From a virus (taxonomy: Duplodnaviria > Caudoviricetes): a stretch of DNA of 64,000 nucleotides. The stretch spans positions 3,426-67,425 of IMG/VR virus record IMGVR_UViG_3300033066_001269. One strand, 5' to 3'. Below the pieces are notes generated by a model. The model was given only the letters and a program-made list of their open reading frames with translations, made no database searches and was not told where the DNA came from. How positions within the stretch are numbered: the first letter of the stretch is position 1; each line of letters opens with the position of its first letter. Positions 46,041 to 56,087 of the stretch are shown in pieces. Both the position numbers and the translations under genes were made by a program.

Positions 46041-46318
46041 TGAGGCCCGAGCAGCGCTGCGGCACATGTAAGTGGGCGGAGCCCTACCCCGAAACGTTGC
46101 GTCTATTCTGCCGGTATCCGCTTCCAGTAGTACTGCCCAAGTCCGTGCGCGTCCATCGGGATTGCATGTTCCCTACCGACGGCACCGGCTGCCCGACGTG
46201 GGAGGCCGCCCAGGCCGCGCCGCAAAGTCCGAAGCATTGCAATTGCCCCAAGGAAAACCACAACGACGTCGGTGAACAGGGCGCGCGCTGTTACGTTTGC
46301 GGAGGTACAAACCGATGA
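46037..46318 (+). CDS. Cys-rich (Zn-binding) hypothetical protein
   Basis: CGTC, CPTW, CNC and CYVC motifs. Confidence 0.55.
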   Translation: MMRPEQRCGTCKWAEPYPETLRLFCRYPLPVVLPKSVRVHRDCMFPTDGTGCPTWEAAQAAPQSPKHCNCPKENHNDVGEQGARCYVCGGTNR

Positions 46319-46605
46319 GTAGCCTCACGCCGGAGCGCATCGCCGAGATCCGAGAGGAGATCCAGTGTAGCCACAAGCTTACTGGCATCCTCCTGATGGA
46401 CGAGCGCCGCTTGCTGGACGCCTTCGAACGCATCGCCGAGCTGGAGGCCGAGGTCGCGGCGCTGCGCGAGGACAAGGCGCGGCTGCTGGAAACGCTTGAC
46501 CTTTTGCGCCCCACGCTATCTCGCTGGCACGAGCAGATAGAAATCGACCCGGAATCCGGCGAGCCTGTTGTCATCGACGCGGCCCGCAAAGGCGGTGCCG
46601 CATGA
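46315..46605 (+). CDS. Hypothetical coiled-coil protein (Ead/Ea22-like)
   Basis: LTPERIAEI...LLDAFERIAELEAEV pattern. Confidence 0.55.
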   Translation: MSSLTPERIAEIREEIQCSHKLTGILLMDERRLLDAFERIAELEAEVAALREDKARLLETLDLLRPTLSRWHEQIEIDPESGEPVVIDAARKGGAA

Positions 46606-47777
46606 GCCAAGCGGCCGCCTACCGCGTGCAGGCCAAGAACCGCACCTACTCCTGCGACACCCTGGAGCAAGCCCAAGAGACCATGGCCCGCTCCGGCGGA
46701 GACATCTGGCAATTGCTCGACGGGCAGTGGCGCCCGTGGCCGTTGATCGCGACCGTGATGCCCGAGGTGCAGAAGGTTCCGGCGGGGGCGGAAGATCAGA
46801 ACCGGACGTTCGACGGGTACCCCCGCTGCAAAGCGGCATCCAAGGACGGCAAGCGGTGTGAGCGGTCCGCCCGGATGAATTCCGACTACTGCGCCAGCCA
46901 TACGCCAGAAGCCGCCCCCCAGACTAATGGCTCCTACTCCGGACGGCATCCGGGGATGAGAAGCGCGCGGTGGGAAGGCGTAGCTGAAAAGCTCGCTGCG
47001 CTGCAGGGAGACCAGACGGCTTTTGTCGCGACCAGGCCGGGAGAACTCGTTAGTATGCTCGCCAACCGGCTACGGTCCGCCGCGGCCAGTTGGAACCTCA
47101 CCCGGAACATGCGTTTTTCGATCCGGGTGGCGGATGGCGGTGTAGAAGTTTCAAGGCTCCAGCCAAGGAGCCATAAGAAGTTCCGATCCGAATCGGAGAC
47201 CGATTCGCAACCAAAAAGTGAAAAACCCGAAGTAAGTATGGCCGAGCAGTTCCGCAGGCCGGGTGAGTCTCAGGACCATTCATGCGCCGGGAGTGTCGTC
47301 GGGGATGAAGTGTGTTCCCCGAGACCAACTCCCGGAACGGGACACGCACAAGCGGAAGGCCAGAAACGAGTTGAAGTAACTGAGGGGCCGAGCCGAAACC
47401 GGACGCTGGAATCCGGGGAGGCCGGTGCAGTGAACGTCGGCGGTGAGGTACTCAAAAGCCCGATGAATGGCGGGCCGGTAGGAGACGTGACAGCGGGGAG
47501 AGACCCGCGACCCCGCACCGTCGAGGACGAATTCCTCGATCTGGCCCTGTACTTCCACGGGTCTGACCCAAAGCCGGCCTCCAATAAGCAGATGTTGGAT
47601 GCGGCTCAACGACTGACCGTGTTGGCGGATGGTATCCGGTCCGTCCGTCGGGCCGAGGAGATCGCCAAGAGGGCTATTGAAGAGTGGGCCGCCAAGTGGA
47701 GCGTCAAAGGCTCCGCCGCGGCCGAGTTACAAACCGAGCTTGCCAAAGTCGTGCGGTCCGTCTTGCCGCCGGCCTAA
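46602..47777 (+). CDS. Multidomain hypothetical protein with a CCCH Zn-finger-like motif
   Basis: RCKAASKDGKRCERSARMNSDYCASH; long low-complexity linker. Confidence 0.6.
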   Translation: MSQAAAYRVQAKNRTYSCDTLEQAQETMARSGGDIWQLLDGQWRPWPLIATVMPEVQKVPAGAEDQNRTFDGYPRCKAASKDGKRCERSARMNSDYCASHTPEAAPQTNGSYSGRHPGMRSARWEGVAEKLAALQGDQTAFVATRPGELVSMLANRLRSAAASWNLTRNMRFSIRVADGGVEVSRLQPRSHKKFRSESETDSQPKSEKPEVSMAEQFRRPGESQDHSCAGSVVGDEVCSPRPTPGTGHAQAEGQKRVEVTEGPSRNRTLESGEAGAVNVGGEVLKSPMNGGPVGDVTAGRDPRPRTVEDEFLDLALYFHGSDPKPASNKQMLDAAQRLTVLADGIRSVRRAEEIAKRAIEEWAAKWSVKGSAAAELQTELAKVVRSVLPPA

Positions 47778-47819
47778 GCAAAAAACCCCATCAACCTCAC
47801 AAAAGAGAAAGGGAAGTGT

Positions 47820-48170
47820 ATGACTGATCAGAAGCTAGCTGACCTTGAACGCATCGTTGCCCTACACCGGGAACGGAAGGATATCAAGCAGCAGTTGGAT
47901 GAAGGAGGGTTGCTGACGCGGCTGGATGCCGTGGACCAGGAACTCTCTATCTTGCAGGACAGGCACGGACTCTCCAGTAAAGACGCGCCTGCCAAGAAAG
48001 TCCGTATGCAGCGGGTGCTCTCCGCGGACGCTCGCCGGCGGATGTCGGAGGCGCAGTCGCGGCGGTGGCAGAAGCATCACGACGATGCCAAAAAGCGGCT
48101 TGCGGACGCGATCTCCGCCAAGAGCTACGACCCCGACGCCATGGTCGCGACGGTTCAGGGAAATGGCTGA
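47820..48170 (+). CDS. Small basic putative DNA-binding protein
   Basis: N-terminal coiled coil plus RVLSADARRRMSEAQSRRW motif. Confidence 0.6.
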   Translation: MTDQKLADLERIVALHRERKDIKQQLDEGGLLTRLDAVDQELSILQDRHGLSSKDAPAKKVRMQRVLSADARRRMSEAQSRRWQKHHDDAKKRLADAISAKSYDPDAMVATVQGNG

Positions 48171-48375
48171 TATCCGGGTGGACGACATTGTGGAAGCGCG
48201 GGTGTCCCCGAACCGCATGGGAAGAGCCCGCGTTATTGGCGTTGGGACGAAAACTGTCCACGGTGACCAGCGCGTGATTCTTGCTGTCCTTGGGGAGGAG
48301 CCACAACGTTACATGAGCGCAGACGTGAACGAGGTGACTCCGACGGGCGAGCGCTTTCCGGGGGCTAGACCATGA
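48163..48375 (+). CDS. Small beta-barrel-like hypothetical protein
   Basis: IRVDDIVEA...GRARVIGVG. Confidence 0.5.
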   Translation: MADIRVDDIVEARVSPNRMGRARVIGVGTKTVHGDQRVILAVLGEEPQRYMSADVNEVTPTGERFPGARP

Positions 48376-49436
48376 CCCGCGAAGAGTTCCTCGCCGAGCG
48401 CCGGACTGGAATTGGTGGTTCCGACGTCGGTTCCCTGTTTAATATCGCCCCGTACGGGTGTTCCCGCGCCTTGTATTACGACAAAACGGGGACAATACCG
48501 GATTATCCACAGAAGGAATCCCCCGACATGCGTCGGGGGATCCTCCTGGAGGATATCGCCTGCAATGAGTGGCAGTTGCAGAATCCGGGATGGGTGATCG
48601 TCAAGTCTCCCGTCCAAAGGCACCGCAACCATCCCTGGGCGCTGGTCCACATTGACCGGTGGTTGTTTCATTCCGAGGACCAGGTTGAGGAGGGGCAGGA
48701 GAACCCGACGAGCGGAAAAGTCGTCGAGGTCAAGTGCCCTTCGCGGGAGATGTTCTATCGCATTCGCAAGGAAGGGCTGCCGGAAGCTTACATCCTGCAG
48801 GCCCAATGGGCGATGTGGATCACGGGTGCGCGGCGGTGCAAGTTCATCGTCTTCTGCGCCGATCTCTGGGATTACCTGGATTTCGACGTAGAGGCGAGCG
48901 ACATGCACTACCTGTTCGCCCTGTGCGGGGATGCTTTCTGGAAGCAAGTCCAGGGGGGAGAGCCGCCCAAGAAACTGCCCCCCAACTCGAAGCAGTGCCA
49001 GCGCTGCCAATGGCGCACGTCGTGTCAGGGGGATGCGCTCCTTCCGGCCGTGGAAGATCCGAAGGACACGATTCCGTTCCTGCCGGACCTCGCCCCGGTC
49101 CTGAATGAGTGGGCGGCGACAGCCGAGCTACTGAGTGAGGCGGACGATTTACATTCCGCGGCGGCGGAGAAGGTGCGAGAACTCCTCGGCCCCGTGCAGG
49201 CGGCGGACGCTCCCGGTTTCCGGGTGTATTTCCGCAAGCAGGAGCGGAAGACCGGCGAGTTCGAACGGCTCTGGCTGGCTTTCCATTGCCTGCTCCAGAA
49301 CGCTCCGGACTCCGTTGAGATCCGAAAGGCACTGTCGCATCACCTGGGGCGCATCCCTGAATCGCTCAAGGACGTAGAGATGCGGGAGTTCCAGAAGAAA
49401 GGGACCGCCCGTCCGCTAAGGATCTACGCCCGATGA
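48372..49436 (+). CDS. YqaJ-like viral recombinase exonuclease
   Basis: EFLAERRTGIGGSDVG, IDRW, VVEVKC, YILQAQWAMWITG. Confidence 0.9.
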   Translation: MTREEFLAERRTGIGGSDVGSLFNIAPYGCSRALYYDKTGTIPDYPQKESPDMRRGILLEDIACNEWQLQNPGWVIVKSPVQRHRNHPWALVHIDRWLFHSEDQVEEGQENPTSGKVVEVKCPSREMFYRIRKEGLPEAYILQAQWAMWITGARRCKFIVFCADLWDYLDFDVEASDMHYLFALCGDAFWKQVQGGEPPKKLPPNSKQCQRCQWRTSCQGDALLPAVEDPKDTIPFLPDLAPVLNEWAATAELLSEADDLHSAAAEKVRELLGPVQAADAPGFRVYFRKQERKTGEFERLWLAFHCLLQNAPDSVEIRKALSHHLGRIPESLKDVEMREFQKKGTARPLRIYAR

Positions 49437-49546
49437 GCGGACATGACTGTATCTGGCGAGATCGCTATACCCGCGCGCTGGGAGCCGTGGCGGGGCTGGC
49501 GATCACCAACCTCGTCACAATGTACCTGCTCCTGAAGGGATAACTC

Positions 49547-49894
49547 ATGCCGAAAGGAAAAGCGGCACAGCCGCGCAAGAGACTGATTCAGAGGGGCGGA
49601 CTGAACGAGCCCGATTTCTACGAATTCGAGAAGTCGCCCGCCATCGAACCAAACGTTCCCGAGATTCCGCGGCGAATGACGGATGCCCATGCGGCTCTGG
49701 ATTCCGTCGACGAAGCGCTCCAGAACCTCAAGAAGCGGCTCTCCCCCGCCATGGTCGCGTTCGAGGTGGGGCCGGAAGACAACCTCGCTCAAGAGTCGAC
49801 CAGCGAGTACGGCAAGTCGCTGGATGCGATCCTTCGCCGGATTCTCCTGCACCGGGGGGAACTGGACGCCATCAGCAGGGGGTTAGCGCTCTAA
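49547..49894 (+). CDS. Hypothetical coiled-coil protein
   Basis: 115 aa within a tightly coupled operon. Confidence 0.55.
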   Translation: MPKGKAAQPRKRLIQRGGLNEPDFYEFEKSPAIEPNVPEIPRRMTDAHAALDSVDEALQNLKKRLSPAMVAFEVGPEDNLAQESTSEYGKSLDAILRRILLHRGELDAISRGLAL

Positions 49895-50196
49895 TGCCAG
49901 CAGACTTTCTCACCAACTTGGCCGAGATGCGCGACGGCGAGGTTGCCGGGGAATGCGCACAGAAGTGGCGGCAACTGATCAACGCGGTTCAGGAGACTGG
50001 CAAGAAAGGGAAGTTCAGTCTCACCATCGAAATCCAGCCAGCGGGCAACAGCAAGATGGAGATCACCGCCAAGCCCGCCATCGTGGAACCGACGTTCGAC
50101 GCCGGCAAAACGATCTTCTTTATTTCCAAGTCGGGTGACCTGACGCGGAATGACCCCAGGCAACAAGAGCTATTCGAACAAAGGAGACAGAGCTAA
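49894..50196 (+). CDS. YfdP-like prophage protein
   Basis: LINAVQETGKKGKFSLTIEI...IFFISKSGDLTRNDPRQQEL; paired with the DUF2303 gene. Confidence 0.65.
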   Translation: MPADFLTNLAEMRDGEVAGECAQKWRQLINAVQETGKKGKFSLTIEIQPAGNSKMEITAKPAIVEPTFDAGKTIFFISKSGDLTRNDPRQQELFEQRRQS

Positions 50197-51059
50197 TGGA
50201 CCTGAAAGATTCCATTGAAAAGATTGTCGCGATGGCGGTAGCCGGTACGGAGCCGACGTTCATCCAGCCGAGCGTAGACGGTCTGACCGCGTTAGCGCTG
50301 CCGCCCGGTTATCAGGTGAAGGAGTTCGACCTCCAGCACCTGTTGCCAGCGCCGCGCCGGAAACAAGCCCGCGTCCAGGTGGACAATGCCGATTCGTTCA
50401 TTCTGTACTGGGCGCAGTATTCCGCTTCGGAGAGCCGCATCTTTGCGAACGGTGCCGTGGGCCAACTCGGCTTTGTGGCCATCCTCGACTACCACCAGCC
50501 ACAAGGGCCGGCTGGATGGCGGGAACACATCGTGCAGTATCCCCTCCGCCATACGGTCGAGTGGGAGCGGTGGACCTCGAAGGAGGGCGCGAGTAACCGG
50601 ATGGACCAGGAGACCTTTGCCCAGTTCCTCGAAGACAACGCGATCGACATTGTGGGCGAGGGCAAGGACGGGTTTCCGACCGCCGCCACCATGCTTGAAG
50701 TCGCGCGTGAGATTGAAGTACGAAAAGACGTCCACTTCAACGGAAGCGTCCGCCTCTCGAACGGAAAGACGCAACTGAACTACACCGAGGATGTAGCAGC
50801 GGCCGCAGGCAAGGGGCAGTTCAGCATTCCAGAGCAGTTCAAAATTCGCATTCAGCCGTTCCTCGGGTCCGCGATGGAAGATGTCATCTGCAATCTTCGC
50901 TTCCGCCTCCACGCTCAGTCCGGCAAGGTGAATTTCTGGTACGAGTTGGTTCGCCCGCATAAGGTGATCGAGCGCGCCTTCCAGTCTGTCGTCCAGAAGA
51001 TCAAAAACGAGTGCGGCACGGAGATCTTCTTCGGCACCGCCCCAGTGCCTACCAAGTAA
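50196..51059 (+). CDS. DUF2303 (YfdQ-like) protein
   Basis: SFILY, AILDYH, QETFAQFLEDN, IPEQF.I.IQPFLG, LRFRL. Confidence 0.85.
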   Translation: MDLKDSIEKIVAMAVAGTEPTFIQPSVDGLTALALPPGYQVKEFDLQHLLPAPRRKQARVQVDNADSFILYWAQYSASESRIFANGAVGQLGFVAILDYHQPQGPAGWREHIVQYPLRHTVEWERWTSKEGASNRMDQETFAQFLEDNAIDIVGEGKDGFPTAATMLEVAREIEVRKDVHFNGSVRLSNGKTQLNYTEDVAAAAGKGQFSIPEQFKIRIQPFLGSAMEDVICNLRFRLHAQSGKVNFWYELVRPHKVIERAFQSVVQKIKNECGTEIFFGTAPVPTK

Positions 51060-51062
51060 CCC

Positions 51063-52388
51063 ATGGCGACACAGCAAGCGTACCCACGCCCCCAAGCGGG
51101 CATTCTTTACGGGCTGACGCACACCGCAGACGGGGAGCAAATCACGCGGCTCCCCCGCACGGTCAAGGTCAGCATCGGTATCCCTGGCGGGAAAGACCTC
51201 CACGTCTACAAGCGCGGCGGGAAGTGGCACATCGTCGAGGCGAAGAACGTCAAGGCCTTCGACAACGGCCGCGACGCCAAGGCGCACTATGACCAGCGGC
51301 TCCCCCTGGCGCCGGAGCGCAACTTCCCTCAAAAGCTCTCCTACTTCACCTTCCGCCGTAACGGGCCGGAAGGAGCACTGGAGCCGGACTGGCGGGCGAT
51401 CGACGCGCACGGTGATCTGCCGACGGTCATCGACATCATGTTCACGGACCGGCAACCGCTCGAAGCCGCCTACGAGATGTGGGGCGGCGGCCGCCGGAAG
51501 TGCTGGGGCGACGGGCACAATGCCTTGCGGGCGCTGGATCTCGCCGGGAATCCGGAGGAAAAAGCGCTCGCCAAGGAGGCGCAAGAGCGGGGAGAGCGCT
51601 ACTTCCCCATTGTCAACGGCTGCAATCTGCACGGCTGCCCGTACGCCAAGTCTCCGGACGGCGGCAAGAAGCCGGCGCCGTGCAAACCCCATGCGCGGCT
51701 GTCCTTCCAGTTGGTATCCGACCTCCGTCTCGGCGGTAAGGCGGAGTTCAACACGACGTCCTACCGGTCCATCTCGCAACTGTATTCCTCCCTGGAGGAA
51801 CTGACCCGCATCATCCAGGGAATCACGGGCGCCGATTCCCTCGCTGGTATCCCGATTCAGTTCTGTGTGCGGCCGTACACCACGCAGCACAACAACAAAC
51901 CGGTGAAGGCGTGGGGCGTGACGCTCGAGTTCCGGGCGGAAGCGCTCGCCGGACTGCGCAAAAAACTGATCGGGTTCGCGCAAGAGATGAACGCGCAATT
52001 AAACGCGCCGATGCCCGTCTCTCGGCAGATCGCCGCCAGCGCGGATCCGGTTGAGCCAACGCCCGAGGAAGCCGAGGCGCTCGAAGCGGAGTTTTACCCG
52101 AGCGTCGAGGACGATCCGGGACCGGATGAGGACGACTTCACCGAGGGACAGCCAGCCACTCCGTCTCAGCAAGCGGGGCAGGCGACCGCGGCGAAGATGG
52201 ACGACCTTAAGGCCAAACTGGAGGCGCACAAACCTCCGGCGCCGGAAGCCCCCAAGGAGACAGCGCCGGAGCCCGTAGCCGCCACTCCCGCACCAGCCCC
52301 CGCCCCTCCTCCCGCCGTGCCACCGGAACCGGTTAAGCCGGCCGCTCTTGAGCGGGCGAGCACGGCAAAGAAAACTGGATTCTTCTAA
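51063..52388 (+). CDS. Gp3-like / recombination-directionality-factor-like protein
   Basis: RLPRTVKVSIG, WGGGRRKCWGDG, CPY...CKPHARLSF, FNTTSYRSI; acidic Pro-rich tail. Confidence 0.7.
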   Translation: MATQQAYPRPQAGILYGLTHTADGEQITRLPRTVKVSIGIPGGKDLHVYKRGGKWHIVEAKNVKAFDNGRDAKAHYDQRLPLAPERNFPQKLSYFTFRRNGPEGALEPDWRAIDAHGDLPTVIDIMFTDRQPLEAAYEMWGGGRRKCWGDGHNALRALDLAGNPEEKALAKEAQERGERYFPIVNGCNLHGCPYAKSPDGGKKPAPCKPHARLSFQLVSDLRLGGKAEFNTTSYRSISQLYSSLEELTRIIQGITGADSLAGIPIQFCVRPYTTQHNNKPVKAWGVTLEFRAEALAGLRKKLIGFAQEMNAQLNAPMPVSRQIAASADPVEPTPEEAEALEAEFYPSVEDDPGPDEDDFTEGQPATPSQQAGQATAAKMDDLKAKLEAHKPPAPEAPKETAPEPVAATPAPAPAPPPAVPPEPVKPAALERASTAKKTGFF

Positions 52389-52397
52389 AGGAGCCTC

Positions 52398-53942
52398 ATG
52401 CAAGCCGCACAGTTAACAGTCCAGAACATCCTCGGCGTCGAGCTCGTCAAGCTCGAACTCGGGAAGCTCACCGTCCTGACCGGTCACAACGGGGCCGGAA
52501 AGACCTCCGTCATGGAGGCAATCCGCAACCTCGTGAGCGGCGGTACGGACGCGACCCTGGTCCGCAAGGGTCAGTCTGCGGGAGAAGCCGTCCTCGTCCT
52601 CGCCAACGAGGATGGCTCGCCGCTCACGATTCGCAAGCGCACGCCGTCCGAGGGGCAAGCCGACCTCGAGGTCCGCGGCGCGGATAACGTGCCGAAGCCC
52701 AAGCCCAAGAGCATCGTCGACGGGCTATTCGACGGCATCACATTTAACCCGGTGGAGTTCATCCAGGCTTCAGAGAGGGAGCAATCCCGCATCCTACTGG
52801 AGCAGATGAACGTTCGCCTGACGCCCGAGCACCTGAAGCAGGCGGGCGTGGAAGGGGTGGACGATCCCAAGTACTTCCAGATGCACGGCCTGGAAGCCAT
52901 CGACAAGATCGACAAGGCCATCCGGGACCTACGCCAGTCCATCGGCGGCCAGCGGATTAAGGTCAAAGGCGCGATCGACCGGCTGACCGCGACCCTTCCG
53001 CCAGACCAGCCGGACTTAGCCGCTGAAATTAAGCACGTGGAGACGGAGATCCAGGGGCGCGTGGATGCTCTCCAGGCGCGGCGCGCGCAGATCGGCGAGA
53101 TGCTGGGCGAGCAGAAAGACGAGATCCAGAAGGCCGCCCAGGAGAAGATCGACGAAGCGAAAGAACGTATCCGCAAGATCCGCGAAAAGATCGAGAAGGA
53201 GGAGCGCGAAATCCTGGCGGTGACGAACCGCCAGGAGGCGGATATCCTTGAGGCCCGCAACCAGGCGAACGACCTCTATAACCGCTACGCGCAAGATGAC
53301 GCCGGGCCGACCGCCGCTCTCCGGCAACGCCTTGGCCAACTCCGCGCCCAGCAAGAGGAAGCCATCCGTTCCCAGGCGTTACGCTCCGAGATCGCCACCA
53401 ACGAAGCGGAACTCCAGCAGTTAGACCGGGAATGGGACGACCGGGACAAGCAACTCAAGGCGTTGGAGGGCATCCGTCAGAAGCTCCTCGAAGGACTGCC
53501 GCTCCAGAACGTAGAAGTGAAGGAAGGCATCGTCCATGTTGACGGCATCTCCTTCCGGCGGCTGAACACGACGGCGCAATGGCAACTGGTGTGGCGTATC
53601 TGCCGGCTACGCAAGGCGAAGGTTCCCCTTGTCCTCATCGACGGCATCGAGTTCCTCGACGAGGCCAACTTTGAGGCCTTCCGGGAAACGGCCCTGGCGG
53701 TTCCGGACCTTCAGTTCTTCGTCACCCGGGCGCGGCGCGTTTGCCAGTGCGGGCAATCCTACGACGTCCACGCCCCCGAGGGCGGTCCCTGTCTCGTCAA
53801 GGGCGTGCCGTGTGAGGCGTTCGCCGATCGCGGGTTGACGGTCGAGAAGTTCGGGGATTCGCCGCGGCTGTTCCCGGAAGCGGCCGCTCCGGCGCCGACG
53901 GGGTACGAGGAGACGACGGGCAAGGGAAGGCGGCGGCGGTGA
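52398..53942 (+). CDS. SMC/Rad50-like AAA ATPase
   Basis: Walker A GHNGAGKT, long coiled coil, Walker B VLIDGIE. Confidence 0.85.
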   Translation: MQAAQLTVQNILGVELVKLELGKLTVLTGHNGAGKTSVMEAIRNLVSGGTDATLVRKGQSAGEAVLVLANEDGSPLTIRKRTPSEGQADLEVRGADNVPKPKPKSIVDGLFDGITFNPVEFIQASEREQSRILLEQMNVRLTPEHLKQAGVEGVDDPKYFQMHGLEAIDKIDKAIRDLRQSIGGQRIKVKGAIDRLTATLPPDQPDLAAEIKHVETEIQGRVDALQARRAQIGEMLGEQKDEIQKAAQEKIDEAKERIRKIREKIEKEEREILAVTNRQEADILEARNQANDLYNRYAQDDAGPTAALRQRLGQLRAQQEEAIRSQALRSEIATNEAELQQLDREWDDRDKQLKALEGIRQKLLEGLPLQNVEVKEGIVHVDGISFRRLNTTAQWQLVWRICRLRKAKVPLVLIDGIEFLDEANFEAFRETALAVPDLQFFVTRARRVCQCGQSYDVHAPEGGPCLVKGVPCEAFADRGLTVEKFGDSPRLFPEAAAPAPTGYEETTGKGRRRR

Positions 53943-54271
53943 AAAAAGAGGGAACAGCGGACAATCCGGATATCTGGGTCTATTTAGCCACCCATCGCGA
54001 CGAGGTGGGAGCCGTCATAGCCAAAAGTTTTGCAGAAATCCCTCGTCACGCTCGAAAAGCATGGGGGAAGTGGCCGGAGTCCTCTGGGCCTGAAGAGGTT
54101 GTTGTCGTCGCTTTCAACTTGCGAAACGAAAAGGTAATTCGCATTTGTCCGTGCGTGCTGGGCAGGCCGTCTCGCGGGAATTGCTGCCGAATCCTTTGGA
54201 GATTCCGAAAAGACCTGCGGCTCCTGGACGGCGACCCGAAGAAGTGGCCGAAACACACTGCTTGTATGTAA
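53939..54271 (+). CDS. Hypothetical protein
   Basis: GTGA overlap; 110 aa; visibly more AT-rich. Confidence 0.45.
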   Translation: MKKEGTADNPDIWVYLATHRDEVGAVIAKSFAEIPRHARKAWGKWPESSGPEEVVVVAFNLRNEKVIRICPCVLGRPSRGNCCRILWRFRKDLRLLDGDPKKWPKHTACM

Positions 54272-54342
54272 ACCCCCATCCCGCGTGCTTTGGCCGGCGG
54301 CGCGGGATGGGGCACATCTAGAGACCTGAAAGGAGACCAGAC

Positions 54343-54552
54343 GTGTCTATCACTGTATCCCGAGAGCAAACGCTTGAGAAAAACATCCGCGCTCTGTTCA
54401 ACGCGATAGGTACACCTACCAACTGTACGGCGTGCGGGCGACCTATCTGGTTCGTGACGACCAAGAACGGGAAGCAGATGCCGGTGACGGAAGACGCGGT
54501 ATCGCACTTCGTGAACTGTCCCGCGGCGGACCGGTTTCGGAAACGGGCATGA
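54343..54552 (+). CDS. Small Zn-finger protein
   Basis: CTACGRPIWFV...SHFVNCP; SD AAAGGAG. Confidence 0.7.
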   Translation: MSITVSREQTLEKNIRALFNAIGTPTNCTACGRPIWFVTTKNGKQMPVTEDAVSHFVNCPAADRFRKRA

Positions 54553-56087
54553 TCCTCCGCCCCTACCAAATCAAAGCGCTCAACGAGACGCGGGCGAACC
54601 TGCGCCAAGGGGCCTTACGCAATCTCCTGGTCTCGCCGACAGGCAGCGGCAAAGGAACCATTGCGTCCGAGATCATCCGCGGGGCGGGCGAGCACAAGTC
54701 CACGATTGGCTTCTGGGTCAACCGGCGCGAACTCGTCAAAGACATGAGCCGCCGACTCGACAAGCTCAACGTCGAGCACGGCGTCATGATGGCGAATCAC
54801 CCGCGGCGGCGCGCTTGGTTGCCGGTCCAGGTCGCCAGCATCGAGACGCTACGCCGCGCTCCGATCAAGCCGAAGTTTGACGTCATCATTGCCGACGAAT
54901 GCCACTTCGCGATCTCTGATGGATGGCTTGATATGTTCGCCCAGTACCCCGATTCCGCCATCGTCGGGATGACCGCCACGCCGATTCGAGCCGACGGCAA
55001 AGGGCTGGGCCGATTCTTCGAGCGCATGGTGCTCGGTCCTTCCGTACAGACCCTCATTAACGAAGGCAACCTGGTACCTACGCGGGTATTCGCCCCGTCC
55101 GCCCCTGACCTACATGGGGTGAAGAAAGGGACTAGCGACTACAACCGGAAGCAACTCGCCACGGTCTGCAACAAGCCGCAGTTAGTGGGCGATATCGTGC
55201 AGCACTGGCTTTCCCTGGCCCGCGGGCGTCCCACCGTCTGCTTCGGGATTGACAAGGCCCACGCGCAAAAGATCTGTGACCAATTCCTCGCCGCGGGCGT
55301 GCGGGCGGAGTACGCCGACTGCGATACGCCCTCCGGCGTGCGCGACAAGCTGTGGGACGACCTCGGCAATTACGCCGTTGAGGTGGTCTGCTCCGTCGGG
55401 ATCGTTTCCTATGGCTGGGATTGTCCGCCGTGCTCATGCGCCATCCTCGCGCGGCCTACGGAGTCGCTGGCGCTGTTCCTCCAACAGTGCGGGCGTATCC
55501 TTCGCCCCCACCAAGGCAAAGAGTACGCGCTCATCCTTGACCACGCCGGCAACACCCTGAAGCACGGCTTCGTGGAGGACGATCGTGAATGGTCGCTCGC
55601 CGATGGCTACGTCGAGAAGGACAAAGAGAAGGGCGAGATCGGCGTCCGCATCTGCAAGACCTGTTTTATCGCCTTTCCGGTAAGTCAGCCGAAGTGCCCC
55701 AATGGGCATTTGTACCAAGGCCAGGGGAGGCAGGTGGAGCACGTCAAGGGCGAGCTGCAGGAGATGGCCCCCGTCCGCTATTGGAAGTGCGGCTGGTGTA
55801 ACCGTTCTGGCCGTCTCGCCGAGAACCAGGACTACTCGATCCCGTGCCCCGCTTGTGGGCATGGACCTGTCTTCCCTCTGGCCAGTAAGTTTGACCGCGG
55901 CGAGAACGAGGCGGGCCGGAAAGAGCGGTACGTGGGCTGGGTTCGGGAGGCGAAGGAGCGAGGATACAAACCCGGTTGGGCCGCGATGCGGTTCAACCAG
56001 ACCTTTGGCCGTTGGCCGAAGAAGGAGTGGAAAGAAACCGCCGAGGCTCAGATGGGCTTCGATGCGCTCGTAGAGGAGGCAGTCTAA
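54549..56087 (+). CDS. SF2 DEAD/DEAH-box helicase with Zn ribbons
   Basis: PTGSGKG, DECH, TATP, QQCGRILR, ILDHAGN. Confidence 0.9.
   Translation: MILRPYQIKALNETRANLRQGALRNLLVSPTGSGKGTIASEIIRGAGEHKSTIGFWVNRRELVKDMSRRLDKLNVEHGVMMANHPRRRAWLPVQVASIETLRRAPIKPKFDVIIADECHFAISDGWLDMFAQYPDSAIVGMTATPIRADGKGLGRFFERMVLGPSVQTLINEGNLVPTRVFAPSAPDLHGVKKGTSDYNRKQLATVCNKPQLVGDIVQHWLSLARGRPTVCFGIDKAHAQKICDQFLAAGVRAEYADCDTPSGVRDKLWDDLGNYAVEVVCSVGIVSYGWDCPPCSCAILARPTESLALFLQQCGRILRPHQGKEYALILDHAGNTLKHGFVEDDREWSLADGYVEKDKEKGEIGVRICKTCFIAFPVSQPKCPNGHLYQGQGRQVEHVKGELQEMAPVRYWKCGWCNRSGRLAENQDYSIPCPACGHGPVFPLASKFDRGENEAGRKERYVGWVREAKERGYKPGWAAMRFNQTFGRWPKKEWKETAEAQMGFDALVEEAV

Noticed and set aside
50292-51998. 568-aa minus-strand ORF, and many other long antisense ORFs such as 7622-8584, 32110-33498 and 34911-36113
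   Set aside because: Shadow frames opposite well-supported genes in GC-rich DNA; no motifs or SD support
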